A DNA stretch of 64,000 bases from the human T2T-CHM13v2.0 reference genome, Homo sapiens (GCF_009914755.1 NC_060939.1), one strand, 5' to 3'; counted from the stretch's first letter, positions 1-17,607 are shown. Notes: a model not told the origin generated them from the letters alone. A program made the numbers and translations.

Positions 1-1246
1 AAATAGTCCTGGGGAGATGTCCTTTAACTGTAGCCCTATCACAGGGTGTCTTTCTGTAGCCCCATGGTGGGGTGTCTGGACTGGCGAGTATCCTAGGCGC
101 TACCAATGCCTCCTTCCTTTTCCCGACTGGTTCTGTAGCCCTATGGGGGTTGTCCGTAGCTCCACCATGGGGTGTCTGTGTCTGTAGCCCCATTGCAGGG
201 TGTCTGTTCGGCTCCTGGGTGGTCTCAGTTGGCTTTTTCTAACTAGTAGGAAGAGTCCTGGTTTGAGAGACTTCTCAATCAGGAAGATTTCAAGGAGGTT
301 TCTCAGATGGAGAATAGGAGGATAGTTTGGAAGGGATACTCTTGGAGTTCTCGGTTAGCAATATGATTTGGAAGGCCTTCCGTCCATCTCATCTTTGTGT
401 ATGTTTGTAAATGTGGAAGGGATCTCAAAAGGAATTGATGATGGAAGGGGCCTAACTCAGAGAACCCCACTTATTTGTCTGGTCACATTCCATGAGCCCT
501 AAAGAAGGCTCAACAGACCTGTCTCTTGAGGTGACTATCTGCTCTTTGCCTTGCCCAGAGATCCCATTGTGAATTACCATTCAGAGGTCATCCCTTCCCA
601 CCTGGAATGGATCAAAGACAACAGGGATCAATGGGGAAAAAGTTTGAGCTTTGCCAGGTTGATATTGGGTGCTGAACGAGGTGACTACTGTTCATTTTAT
701 TAGGTGTGTTTTGCTGGGATGGAAAATGTTAATTCCATTCCCCGTGCAGCCTGTTGGGCAGCATCTTGCAAATTAAGAATCTTGCCTATGGTTCCATAAA
801 ACGGTGAATGGTGATTTTCTCTTGAACCCCACAGCTATGGCACAGTGAGCAGGATCATCAGAAGCTGCTCCGTTGAGAAAGAGAGTCCAGAAACCTGGTA
901 TGCTGGCAAAACAGGGTAAGAAATTCTTACCAGCCAAGTTTCTGGTCTCTCTCTGTTTCTCTGTCTGGGTAAATGGTAAACATCACTATTTGTCTCTCTG
1001 CAAGGGTCTGATTAATAGAAAAAGGATTTGTGAGACTAGTCTTAGGCAGTAGCAAATCTGGTGTACTTTGTGCTAAGAATTTGTCTTTCTGTGTTCTGTA
1101 ACGGAGAGAGGGGCATCACAGGATAGAATGTGAGTTTAGGACGTCTATCAGCCCGCTTTTCAAGCCAGACAAAAGCAGGTCAGTTACAAACTTTGCTACG
1201 GACGGGTCTCTGAAACCAATACTGTATGAAATTTCTGTCTTGTATA

Positions 1247-1589
<343 letters not shown>

Positions 1590-2456
1590 TTAACCTTGTG
1601 ACCATGTAGGGATACTTTCTCTTGGCTCCCACTCCCACCATCGAGAGGACAGGAATTTTGAGGTTCATGTCATAGTTAGCCCTAAAAATTATCTTGAGCG
1701 GTTAAAAGCCTTTGCAAGCTTGAAATTGACTTCTCTAGGATCCTTTTGGGAAAAGCAATAGAAATTGCTCATTGCTCTAACTCAGGAGCTAAGGCTTTGC
1801 TTTTTGACAATGGCAGCCTGGGTTCTATTCTTGCCTTCCAGAATGATTCTTTTCTGGTTTTTTATTTATGTTACTTTGCCATTTACTGAGGTTTCCCTCC
1901 ACCCCATGGATAGCTTCTGATTCCCTGTCTTGAATTTTTTTTTCTCTAAACTACCCTGGGGGAGATTCTAAATTTTGTAAAAACAAAAAAAAAAAAGAAG
2001 GAAAAGGAAAAGAAACTGCTTACCATCACTTTGAGACACCTATGTGTCCATGGTTAAGTTGTAACCTTAGTTAAAACGGGTTAATTTCATGTGGGAAGTT
2101 ACCTGTGATAGACTTCAAGAGCCAAAAATATCGGCCGCTTGGCATGGCTAAAGTCAGGTAATAAAAAAATTTTAAAGGATTTTTTTTGTAAGAGTGCTAT
2201 GGCTAAAAGTCAGCTTAATTAAAAGTGGATAAACAAGCTCTAAGTATATTTAAAGGCCTTTATGTTTTTCTCTTCTTGGAACTTGTTTTTCTGGAAAAAG
2301 ATTTTTTCTTCTCAGTCGACTGAATTATTTTTCTCAATTTTTTTTTTGTCTTGCCACTCTTAATGCATACATGAGAGGCCCTAAGATAACTTCTGCTAGT
2401 CTGGGACTCATTGGGGAAAAACAGAGGAGGCACCACAGACCCCATTTTGGGAAAAC

Positions 2457-2487
<31 letters not shown>

Positions 2488-2830
2488 ACAAAAAAAACTT
2501 CTGTTTTCCTCATGAAACCCAGGAAGCAAAAGCAGATAGATCTCTCTCAAAATCAAAGGCTCTGTTCTGTTTTGCATTGTGTTATCTGACAGTTTTGAGT
2601 TTGGGGGATATCAGAAATTACTTCGCATTATGAGAGAGCTTTGGTGTGTAATAACTAAGTAGGAAATATACTGTAAGGATGGCTAATAGTAGTTACGGAG
2701 GAATACTTGACTCTGCACACTTGGATCAGAGAAGCGTGCTCTTGGCCGCCTGGAAGATAAGAAAACATCCCCACCCCTGACTGAGAGATGAGACTCCCAT
2801 GAGGGATGTGCTGATGACAAAATGGGCTCA

Positions 2831-3259
<429 letters not shown>

Positions 3260-3575
3260 TCAGCTACTTATTTGCTGCTTGTTTGGCCCTAGAAACGCAT
3301 GCTTTCCTGGCCCTGTTCCTCCACAGCCTCCACCCTGAAGCCAGTAATCCAATTAAGAAACTGGCAAATGAAAAATCTTACAAGTGCCGTATCTTCTGTC
3401 TGTATTTATATGTGTTGTCTGTGAGGTTTATATGTAAAAGAGCTCTGATGAATTGGCTTAGAAAAATAAGGGCTTAAATATTTTGTCACAAAAATGGAAA
3501 CTTTAATGCCTTTTTGTTCATGTGATGTTAGTAACCTTTTGGAAATAAAGACAGTTTTAAAGATTATTGGTAATA

Positions 3576-4320
3576 TCTGTAATCTCAGGACTTCGGGAGG
3601 CTGAGATGGGCGGATCACAAGGTCAGGGATTCGAGACCAGCATGGCCAACATGGTGAAACCCCATCTTGTTGGGAACAAGCCCCCCAAAATCTGGCCATA
3701 AACTGGCCATAAACAAAATCTCTGCAGCACTGTGACATGTTCATGATGGCCATAAAGCCCACGCTGGAAGGTTGTGGGTTTACTGGAATGAGGGCAAGGA
3801 ACACCTGGCCCGCCCAGGGCGGAAAACCGCTTAAAGGCATTCTTAAGCCACAAACAATAGCATGAGTGATCTGTGCCTTAAGGACATGCACCTGCTGCAG
3901 TTAACTAGCCCAAACTATTCCTTTAATTTGGCCCATCCATTCGTTTCCCATAAGGGATACTGTTAGTTAATTTAATATCTATAGAAACAATGCTAATGAC
4001 TGGCTTGCTGTTAATAAACACGTGGGTAAATCTCTCTGTTCGGGACTCTCAGCTCTGAAGGCTGTGAGACCCCTGATTTCCCACTTCACACCTCTATATT
4101 TCTGTGTGTGTGTCTTTAATTTCTCTAGCACCTCTGGGTTAGGGTCTCCCCAGCCAAGCTGGTCTCAGCACCATCTCTACTAAAGATAAAAAAATTAGCC
4201 GGGCATGGTGGTGCATGCCTGTAATCCCAGCTACTCGGGAGGTGAAGGTTGTAGTGAGCCAAGATTATGCCATTGCACTCTAGCCTGGGCCACAAGCCAA
4301 GACTCCATCTCAAAAAAAAA
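3576..4320 (+). repeat. AluS, 5'-truncated, split by MER9
   Basis: TSD AAAGATTATT(G/C)GTAA at 3559 and 4321. Confidence 0.9.
3668..4170 (+). mobile_element. MER9 solo LTR (HERV-K HML-3) inserted inside an Alu
   Basis: TGTTGGGAACAAGCCCCCCAAAATCTGGCC...GGTCTCAGCA; perfect 6-bp TSD CCATCT at 3662-3667 and 4171-4176. Confidence 0.9.
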
Positions 4321-4793
4321 AAAGATTATTCGTAAAATAAAAGGTCTTGAAAACGTAGATATTTGGTCTAAATTAAGGTCAGATATCAGATTTGCTAAAT
4401 GCTTTAAGGTCAAACTGTTTCTTTGACTTTTGAAAATTGTTCAATTTACCTACTTTGGAGCATTAGGTGATAGATAAGGCCTGGGGACATGTGGAGAGCC
4501 ATGCCTGCTAGCTATGCTAAAGAGTCAGGCCTTATTTTCATTTCTGTCTGATGTCCTAGGCTCCACCCCAGTACATAATTAAAATTGCTTACTTATCAAG
4601 CTTCTGACTAAAAATAAAAGTTGCTAAGAGTTAACATTGTAACATGTAATTGAGACCACTGGAGAAACAGTTTTACATACAAGGTGTGTAGGAAATGTGT
4701 TTTTGGTAAAAGATTATAAGAAGGTATGGGAATATGGCTTTGTTAAAGGGAATGTAATTTTGTCTAGTTCAGAGGGTTTTAAAGATTGTCTTG

Positions 4794-5097
<304 letters not shown>

Positions 5098-6511
5098 GAT
5101 TGTCTTAACCTAAAAGAGTAATGGAACAAAACTGAAGGTTTACGCAAAGTGAAAGGGTTAGTAAATGGTTAATCTTATAAAAAAAATTCTGTGGGTATAA
5201 ACAAGTTGGCTGAGATTTAAAAGAAATTATTTAGCTTTTTTTCTATAGGTTAAAACTTTAAAATGATACTGTTTTGGGACCAGAATTTGGGCCCATGTGT
5301 CTGAATAACACAGTTTTCTTAGAAAATTGATCTGCTGTTTGATGGAAAATTGTAAAGGGTTCTAGAAAACCTTACCTTATGGTCAAACTAATTACAACTG
5401 AATAGAGATATAAAATTTTATTTAGGAAACTAGCCTTAACATTAAAGATGCACTAAAGCAAACATGAAATTTGGTTTTCTCTTTTGAAAATGATTTTTAT
5501 GTAATGATAAAAGATAATGAAATGGTTTTGTTTTCTCCTTTGGGTAAATGGCAGGGAAAAAAGGGAAAAGAGAGAAGAGACAAATTTAGTTAGCCTCATA
5601 CTATCTTTATTGGGTCTTGTTTGGAAAGCTAAGTCTCCTCTCTCAGAGTAAAGGCTTTCTTTTTAAAACTTCTTTTTGGAGTTATCATTTTGGGCAAATG
5701 AATAACTTATAGTGACCTGGGATTCTCTTTTGTGATATCCAGTGTTTTAAGCCTTTGATATTTAACAAACTTTCCAAAATCAAATTATAGATTATGTCTC
5801 TTTGTAGCCCAGTATTTTAGATATTAGGTCCTCTAAAGTCCAAAAATGACATTTGGCTTATTTGGTACAAAAATCATACAGGAAGCATTGTCAAATATGA
5901 AATGGTGTTTGGCTTTCTTTGGTCTATATTTGTGTAAATGTGTTGTTGGTATATGTTCCAAAATTATGTAAAACTGCTGTAACTCAAATATGACTTAGTA
6001 TGTTTTATCAGTAATAATTATAATTATTATGTTAAATGACTGTGTGCCACAGAGGTAAATTTCCTTGTCAATTTTGCCTTTAACTGTGGTGCCCTAAAAT
6101 GTTTTTGTCATCCCAGACAATTGTTATCTCACTTTGGTCCTCTTTAAAAGATGATTTTATAGTCAACTGTAAAATTTAACAGGTGCTCCTAAATGCAGAT
6201 TTCTGATGAATAACTCTGGGAGACTGTGACATTAGAATAGAAAAAAACCCTTCAAATAGAAGAGTGAATGGTGTTTCGTTTTCTTTGGACTGTGTTTGTT
6301 TAAATATGTTATTGGTATGTGTTCCAAAATTATGGGAAACTTCTATAATGTTGAGATAATTTAGCATACATTATCAATAATTATAATTGTTATGTAAAAT
6401 TGTTGTATGCCACAGAAGTAACCAAAATTCCTAGTCAATTGTAGCTTTAATAGTGGCTATAGACTTTTGTCATCCACAGATCTTTTGTCTTACTTTGGTC
6501 CTCTTCTTTAC

Positions 6512-6821
6512 TTCTTTTTTTTTTTTTTTTTTTTTTTTTTTGAGACAGAGTCTCACTCTGTCGCCCAGGCTGGAAGGCAGTGGTGCAATCTTGGCACGCT
6601 GCAACCTCCGCCTCCCGGGTTCAAGCAATTCTCTGCCTCAGCCTCCCAAGTAGCTGGGATTACAGATGCCCGCTACCAAGCCTGGCTAATTTTTTGTATA
6701 TTTAGTAGAGACGGGGTTTCACCATCTTGGCCATGCTGGTCTTGAACTCCAGAAATCATGATCCACATTCCTCAGCCTCCCAAAGTGCTGGGATTACAGG
6801 CATGAGCCACCGCACCGAGCC
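6512..6821 (-). repeat. AluS
   Basis: Poly(T) followed by Alu reverse complement. Confidence 0.95.
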
Positions 6822-8109
6822 TACTTTAGTCCTTTTCAAAACACAGTTTATAATCAGATATAGGACTCTCAGTGCAGGTCTCAGATAAGTTTAAAAATTG
6901 TGCTATTGGAATAGAGGAAGAAAACAAACTTCTAGGACTCTCAGGGAGAGCTAATGTGTTAAATATTGCTAAACCTTTTGTTTTCAGAGTCAAGAGAACT
7001 TATTTCTTTAGAGCTATTTGCAACTTTCAACAACTGAGTAAAATATACTCCTGTGAACAAAATTTGGAGCATATTTATTCCTCTCTACTTTATTTCTCCA
7101 GAATTTGGAAACTATTTGTGAGTATTCTCAATTTATGGCAGCATAGTTAATTGCATAAGTGCAATAAGAATCTGTTTTCTTTTGTAACAGGACACAATTG
7201 GAGAAATTGGTTATTTTATGAAGGCTTTGACTGGAATGGCATGCTTCTTTTAAGGAATCAAAGTTGACTTATAAAGCCAATTAAAGCCCATTAGGGCATC
7301 TGGCCTCATGCCCTGTCCACAATAGAGTCCCTGTGCAGGGTTCCTGACCTGTGATAAGTAAAGAATGTCACTTTCTAACTGGCCCAGGAACCCCAAGTTA
7401 CCTTGGGACCCCAAGAGGAGAGGAATTTGCCCAACTCATAGGTATTTGAGGGTACAAACCCATGGCTGGGCTCGGCTATTAAAAAGTCTTATCTGAGATT
7501 CCTCATGGAACAGAGTTCTATTAAAGCCAATTTTTAAAAGCCTAAGTGGAAAATAATTATTTTTGCTTCACTTTATGTAAATAATCAGGCTGAGTACAGT
7601 AAGGCTAAAGTTTATTTTATAAACAAATCAGTTCCATCATAATAGGTTTTTAATAAAAATGGGGACTGGAGAGAGAAAAATTATGCTTCAGAAGAAAAAC
7701 TATAGTACACCGTTAGCTGTTCTTGAGGTTTTTCCTGCAGTTTAGACTAAATTCTAAATTCTTTATGGGTTAGAAGTCCCCAAACTAATGTTTTCAAATC
7801 TTTGCTTTTAAAATTTAGAATTGTACTCTTCATCCTAGGACTTATTATTTACCTTACAGTAGGCTGTTCACTTAAACACTGTAGTAAAACTATAGATGAG
7901 AGTACTAATGTTTTTGCCACGCAAGCCTCAGAAGCTCAACCAGGCCTGCATGAGTATACTCAGACAATTGCAAAGTAGTTCCATTCTTCTCACCTTGGGG
8001 TTCACTCCCATTCCCACTACATTCCCTGTCAGCAGAAAGAAGCCAGAGTGATCAACGGCCTTTTCCCATCTTCATAGCCTACACCTTAAGATTAAGGTGT
8101 TATAAAACC

Positions 8110-8120
8110 AAAGGGAGGGA
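8110..8120 (+). other. Polypurine tract of the provirus
   Basis: AAAGGGAGGGA immediately 5' of the TG start of LTR8. Confidence 0.75.
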
Positions 8121-9380
<1,260 letters not shown>

Positions 9381-9384
9381 CTAG

Positions 9385-9930
9385 CCTAGGCCTGTAACAT
9401 TCTTGTACATGTCTTTTGGTGAGCATATGCCTACATATCTGTTGAGTGGTTACCTAGGAATTGCTGAATCATAAAGCACACACATACTTAGCTGAGTAGA
9501 TGCTGCCAGTGTTCCAAAATGTTTGTACCCCTCCAGTGGATTTTATGTGTTTTGTTTTGTTTTGTTTTTGTTTCGCATATACAATCAAATCCACTTTGTT
9601 TACCATTACCTCAATAAACAGAATGTTGAGCAAAAGAAACCAGACACAAAAGAGGACATGTTCTGTGGTTCCATGTATACAAAGGTCAGAGGCAGGCAAG
9701 AGTAATCAATGGTTTAGAAGTCAAAATAGTGGTTAATCTTGGTGGAAAACTAGTGATGTAGAAGTACAAGTGGGGCTCCTGGGGGGTCGGGAGGCTGGAA
9801 ACATTCCAGTTCTGAGGGCTAGTTACATGGGTGTATTCACTTTGTGAAAAGTCACCAGGGTGTATAGTTGTGATTTGTGTCATGTTTTGAAGATATGTTG
9901 AACTTCATACAAAGCTTACATTTTTTAAAA
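9385..9930. mobile_element. Old L1M (L1ME/L1MC-like) 3' fragments in two orientations
   Basis: L1M 3'UTR-like motifs (AAAGAAACCAGACACAAAAGAGGAC; GGAATTGCTGAATCAT). Confidence 0.55.
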
Positions 9931-9939
9931 TTCTATTAA

Positions 9940-10270
9940 AGGACTTTAAGGAGGAGAGTGCCAATAGTTTTAAAAGATGGTTCTGGCTGCTATGTGAAGA
10001 ATGGGTTCTATGGAGACGGGGGAGAAGCCCAAAAGCCAATTAGGAGGCTAGTACAGTGGTCCAGAAGATAAACAAGGGTCATTTGGGCCAGGAGTAAAGG
10101 AGTGGAGTTGGAAGAAAGAGGAAGAATACCGTATGTATTTTGGAAATAGAACCAACAAGACTTGCTGGTGGGTAGGATGTGTGGGGTTAAGTATACAGGA
10201 ATCAAGGATGCTACCCAGGTTCTGGCCTGAAAAACTAAGTGGATGATGGTGCCTATATTGAAATAAGTTG
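9940..10270 (-). repeat. L2 fragment
   Basis: TTCTGGCTGCTATGTGAAGAATGG...GGAATCAAGGATG..CCCAGGTT L2-like motifs. Confidence 0.6.
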
Positions 10271-10352
10271 CCTGTTACCTATCTATCCTTGCTAGGTGAG
10301 CTCCTTATCTCCAAGACTGGATGTGGGGCCCAGCATGATGGAAGTACCTCTA

Positions 10353-10682
<330 letters not shown>

Positions 10683-11995
10683 GGATATTTGGATATTTGT
10701 TGAATGAATAGAATGACTATCCCCTCATGGAAGAACCAGAAGCCAAGTGTGGAGACAACAGAACAGCAGATGTATACAGGAGAGGAAGTGCTCTCCAAAG
10801 AGAGGTGAACTGCTCTTGTTGGGGGTGAGTCCCTGTGATTGGAGGAATTTAAGCAAAAGGCATGTGTCAGGACAGTGAGAGGGATCATGGGGCCAAGTGA
10901 CATTTTCTCTAAGGTGCGGGCTTACAAGTATGTGTCAACACTGCCTAACTCCATCGATTTGGAAAGGAGGGAAGAGGTTCTCCAGGCCAGCTCTTCCTCC
11001 TCCACTTTCCAGTATTCTCCAACACAGACATCACATGAGCTTGAGCAAAACAGGATGGCAGCCCCACACTCACACCCTCCAAATGCACACCCCCTATCCC
11101 AAACCAGATGCTCTGAGCATACATCACAATCAGAGCAAACATCCCAGTCCAGGGACCAAACAACCGCCTTTTGTTTCTAATCCAGAGGCTAAGGGCCAGA
11201 GGCCAGTGCTGGGGAATAAATATGCCTTCAGTTTAAAAATGTAAACGTGTTTTCTCACTGAAACCAAATGGGTGGGTCAAATTCTGAGGCTCCTTGATGT
11301 GATTTCCATAGTTCAGTTGGGTTTCTGTTGACTACTGTCCTCCACTGAATTCCTCTGGCCACTCCCTCCAGTCTGACTAGTTTCCTTCTTTGAAATCCTG
11401 CAGCCCTGACACTTGGAAGCAGCCAGTGGTCTCCTATTCACAGTTGGGTGGTGCCTTGGTATGTCTTCTCACCCAGTGTGTCTGCTATTTGGAGACAGGC
11501 AGCTGGGTGTTGCACAGAAAGATTTAGAGCCTGAGATTTGGATTTGAGCCCCAGTTTCACATTTTATCTGGCTGATGACCTTTGCTGAGCTGTTGCTCAG
11601 ACACATTTATTTCATTGATACAAGGTCATTTCCTCTCCTCTTTCCCAGATGATCAGTGGCATCTATTGGCCCAGAACAGTTCTAGGAGCCTGAATCTCCT
11701 GTGGATAAAGGAACACACTCAGGCCTGAGTTGGGTATTTAGTTGCAGAATAAGAAGGATGTGGAAGAAATACATTAGAAAGATTTATTTTTATAGGGCTC
11801 TGCTCAAAACCTTTCTAACTGGGCCAGCTGGACATCTGGACAACTCATCTCATGCCTGAGTCCACAGTAAGGCCATTTCCGGAAGAACATCAAGTTCTTT
11901 GTTGGAAATCAAACCCAAGAGCAAGAGCCCCAGAATGGGCAGGGTTGAGGGGTAGGCAGTGAACCACAAGTCCAGGAAGATTTGTTGCTGGCTAA

Positions 11996-12407
<412 letters not shown>

Positions 12408-12824
12408 CTGCATGGGGGCCTTTTCAATGCAAAGATACCTGACCTGTTTAGGAGGTGAATGCCCTCTTTCTCCCACCCACTGTTCCCCTTTTCAAGCCAG
12501 CAGCCCAGGAGAACTTGTCAGACACTTATTTTCCCATTTTATCCAAGAAAAAGTCAACCATGTCAATGAACTGAGCAGCAGCTTAAAATTTCTGACTCCT
12601 TGCTCCAAACCTACTGCTCTATAGCTCTGGCCTCAAAGCCTTTTAGAACTCAACTCCTGAGTCCTAGCAGATGTCAAGAATGATGGAGTCGCCAAGTGAA
12701 AGAGTTGGTTGACCCAGCCTCTGCCACTTTTCAGATATACCACTGAGTCCAGTGGGGTCCCAGCTTGGCTGTATGGGACAACCCCCCCACCAAAGGGGGA
12801 AATTTAGACTTCATCTGCTGTCCA

Positions 12825-13910
12825 TATCAGGGGAACCAGCCCCCAATAGGACAGAAAAGAACGTAGGTTCTTTTCTATTTTCCCTAAGTGTCAGCCAGTC
12901 TGAGAAATAAAGGGAAAGAGTACAAAAGACAGAAATTTTAAAGCTTGGTGTCCGGGGGAGATATCACATGTCAGCAGGTTCCATGATGCCCCCTGAGCTG
13001 CAAAACCAGCAAGTTTTTATTATGGATTTTAAAAGCGGAGGGGTGTACAAATAGGGTATGGGTCATAGAGATCACATGCTTCAAGGGCAATAAAATATCA
13101 CAAGGCAAATGGGGGCAGAGTGAGATCACAGGACCAGGGTGAAATTAGAATTGCTGATGAAGTTTCATGTCCCACTGGGCACGCACTGTTATTGATAACA
13201 TCTTATCAGGAGACAGGGTTTGAGAGCAGACAACCAGTCTAAAATTTACTAGGCAGGAATTTCCTCATCCTAATAAGCCTGGGGGCGCTACAAGAGACCG
13301 GGGCTTATTTCATCCCTTATCCACACCTGTATAAGACAGACACTTCTATAGCGGCCATTCTAAAGACTGCCCCCTAGGAATGCATTCTCTTTCTCAGGGC
13401 TGTTCTTTGCTGAGAAAAAGAATTCAGCAATATTTCTCCTGTTTGCTTTTGTAAGAAGAGAAATATGACTCTGTTCTGTCCAGCCCCTCAGGCAGTCAGG
13501 CCCAATGGTTATCTCCCTTGTTCCCTGAAAATCGCAGCCATCTTTTTCCTTTTGGAAGTCCAGATTTCATATTGTTCAAACACACATGCTCTACAAACAA
13601 TTTGTGCAGATAACACAATCATCACAGGATCCTGAGGTGACATACATCCCCAGCTTACGAAGATGATGGGATTAAGAGATTAAAGTAAAGACAGGCATAG
13701 GAAATTATAAGAGTATTGATTGGGGAAGTGATAAATGTCCATGAAATCTTTACAATTTATGTTCAGAGACTGCAGTAAAGACAGGAATAAGAAATTATAA
13801 AAGTATTAATTTGGGGAACTAATAAATGTCCATGAAATCTTCACAATTTATGTTCTTCTGCCATGGCTTCAGCCAGTCCCTCTGTTCAGGGTCCCTGACT
13901 TCCCGCAACA
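12825..13910 (-). mobile_element. MER11 solo LTR (HERV-K HML-8; length fits MER11C)
   Basis: Reverse complement begins TGTTGCGGGAAGTCAGGGACCC, contains the tandem GAACATAAATTGT..ATTTCATGGACATT repeat, and is ~1086 bp; flanks GTCCA/GTACA. Confidence 0.9.
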
Positions 13911-14059
13911 GTACAAATCCCTGGGCCACATGCTTGGCCATCAAACAATAGCCTCTCTACCTAACCCCTACTGTGTTCATTCATTCATTCATTCATTAAA
14001 AACATTTATTGAGCAACTACCAAGCCATGTGGGGTGGGGAATAACTTGGAACTCTAGAG

Positions 14060-14921
<862 letters not shown>

Positions 14922-15768
14922 GCATTTGTACTGAATCTTGTTTTACCCTCCAGTTCTCAACAGGGCCTGGACCCCCTAAGACCCTCATCTAGAACTGCCA
15001 ACTTCTTTATCCTCAAACAACAAACCCTTCTCACAGGGTTGTTCAGGGTGTCCCAGTTCTTAGCCTTGTTCCCCTCCTGTCCTCACTCTCCAAGTGTACC
15101 CTAACCTTAGAAGAGGAACTGTCTGAGGCATGGGTCGTGAGCCAGGTTCATTTCCCAGTACACCCTCAAGTCTAAGTCTAGAATCTAGAATCTAGATTAA
15201 TGCCTGGGGGGCTCCTGCCAGGGAGTGTGGTGGCCTTTGGCCACATGAGCTTTGGTGCATGAAGTCCAGACCCCTTCAAAATCTCACAAGCAAAGTGAGT
15301 TGCAGATCATTTTTCTGATCATCCAGCTTATATTTGCTGAATCAGACACCCACCTATTTCCAAAGGGCAAACTTTCCTTCTCAGAAATAGTACTGCTTAA
15401 CCCTAAAAAGGAAAGGAAATCATTCGTAAGAGCCCTATAGTTTGTAAGGCAACCTCTCCAATCCTCAGCTAATACTTCACTCACCCTAGGGCTTGCCAGG
15501 AACAAGAAAGAGTCCCAGGTTGAGCCAAGACTTCTTAAAGGCTGCTGTCAGCTACACACACAAAGAAACGGCAGAGGCTTTGAAATTACCACTTATAAAT
15601 GCACAATTGCATTCATGGGCTAGCGGGTGGGGGCTGGCTCTTCTTCTATGCCACTATCTGGAGGTGGAAAATAGGGGGAAGTTCATTCTTCCCTTGATCT
15701 TAGCATTTGGGCAGGTAAAGTTGAGGTGCTTACGCCATCTAGGCAGTTGAAAATAAAGCTCCAAGGAG

Positions 15769-16000
15769 TAGCCAGGAGTGGTGGCTCACACCTATAATCC
15801 CAGTACTTTGGGAGGCCTAGGCAGGCGGATCATGAGGTCAGGAGATCGAGACCATCCGGGCCAACATGGTGAAACCCAGTCTCTACTAAAAATACAAAAA
15901 TTAGCTGGGCATGGTGGCGTGTGCCTGTAATCCCAGCTACTCAGGAGGCTGAGACAGGAGAATCCCTTGAACCAGGGAGTCAGAGATTGCAGTGAATTGA
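15769..16000 (+). repeat. AluSc-like, 3'-truncated
   Basis: Alu consensus match. Confidence 0.9.
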
Positions 16001-16139
16001 TCCCTACAGATAGATGTGAAAACCATCAGCTGTAAAATGGCAGCCCATGCTATGGAAATGGGGGTGTTCCTATGGGGGCAGACACAAGGAGAAGGCAGAA
16101 CCTGTTTTCCCCACTCAGCTCTGCGAGGATGTTCTCCCC

Positions 16140-16255
16140 TGTAAACCAAAAAGTATCTGAGATGGGTCTCAATTAATTTACAAGTTTATTTTTCCAAGAT
16201 TAAGAACATGTCCTTAAATTGATTGAGACCTGTCTCAGATATTTTTCGGTTTACA
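16140..16255. mobile_element. Palindromic MER4-LTR remnant (inverted U5 plus direct U5)
   Basis: 41-bp arms 16140-16180 and 16215-16255 are reverse complements at 36/41 positions; both resemble the LTR end at 18823. Confidence 0.85.
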
Positions 16256-16258
16256 AGT

Positions 16259-16278
16259 TGGCAACCAACAGAAGGGAC
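16259..16278 (+). other. Degenerate primer-binding site
   Basis: TGGCAACCAACAGAAGGGAC lies 3 nt after the LTR-terminal CA and resembles the TGGCGACCACGAAGGGAC PBS class. Confidence 0.6.
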
Positions 16279-16377
16279 TCTGAGTGGCAGTGGCCCGGAT
16301 GTTTGACAAATCTCCTTTCAGTGCTTGGCACCAGCTTGGGCTATCTTGATTGCTCAAACCAATAGAACAATTCTCTA

Positions 16378-16740
<363 letters not shown>

Positions 16741-17102
16741 TTAAGAAAGACAAGGAGTTTTCAGGAGAACAAATAGGAGATAGGAAAATGTGTGATAATG
16801 TTTGTCTATATATGTATGAGTGGGCCTTCTGTCTTCTTCAAGACCATAAAACTCTCCCAGAGAAGGGATTTATGGCACATTTGCTGTATGTAAGATTCAT
16901 TCTGCTGTATGCCTCTTCTGGAGTTTTACTTGCTTCCCAACAAGGAAGGTGAGTTTTCCTGCTTCCATGATAATGGAAGGCAGGCAACTCCTTTCTGGGA
17001 GTCTCAGCTCATTTCCAACAGGGAAGGCAAGTTTGAGTCTTCTCCTGCTTCTAGGATGGTAGCAGTTTTCAGCCTGGGCCCCATTCTTAGGTAAGTAGCT
17101 GA

Positions 17103-17422
<320 letters not shown>

Positions 17423-17607
17423 AGGAAATTCTTTTTAATGACTAAAAGTTAAGATTAACAGCCAGCTGGTCTTAATTTCTCCTTACCATTAGAGTGCTGA
17501 GTAATCATATGAACTGTGCAATTGTTTGTTTCTCTTAGCTTATTTTTGTTCATTTGTTTCTTTCTGTTTTTGTTTTTTTGTTTGTTTGTTTGTTTCTGCA
17601 TGGCTCT

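Noticed and set aside
15168-15198. AAGTCTAAGTCTAGAATCTAGAATCTAGATT mini repeat/palindrome
   Set aside because: Short slippage-type repeat with no supporting context
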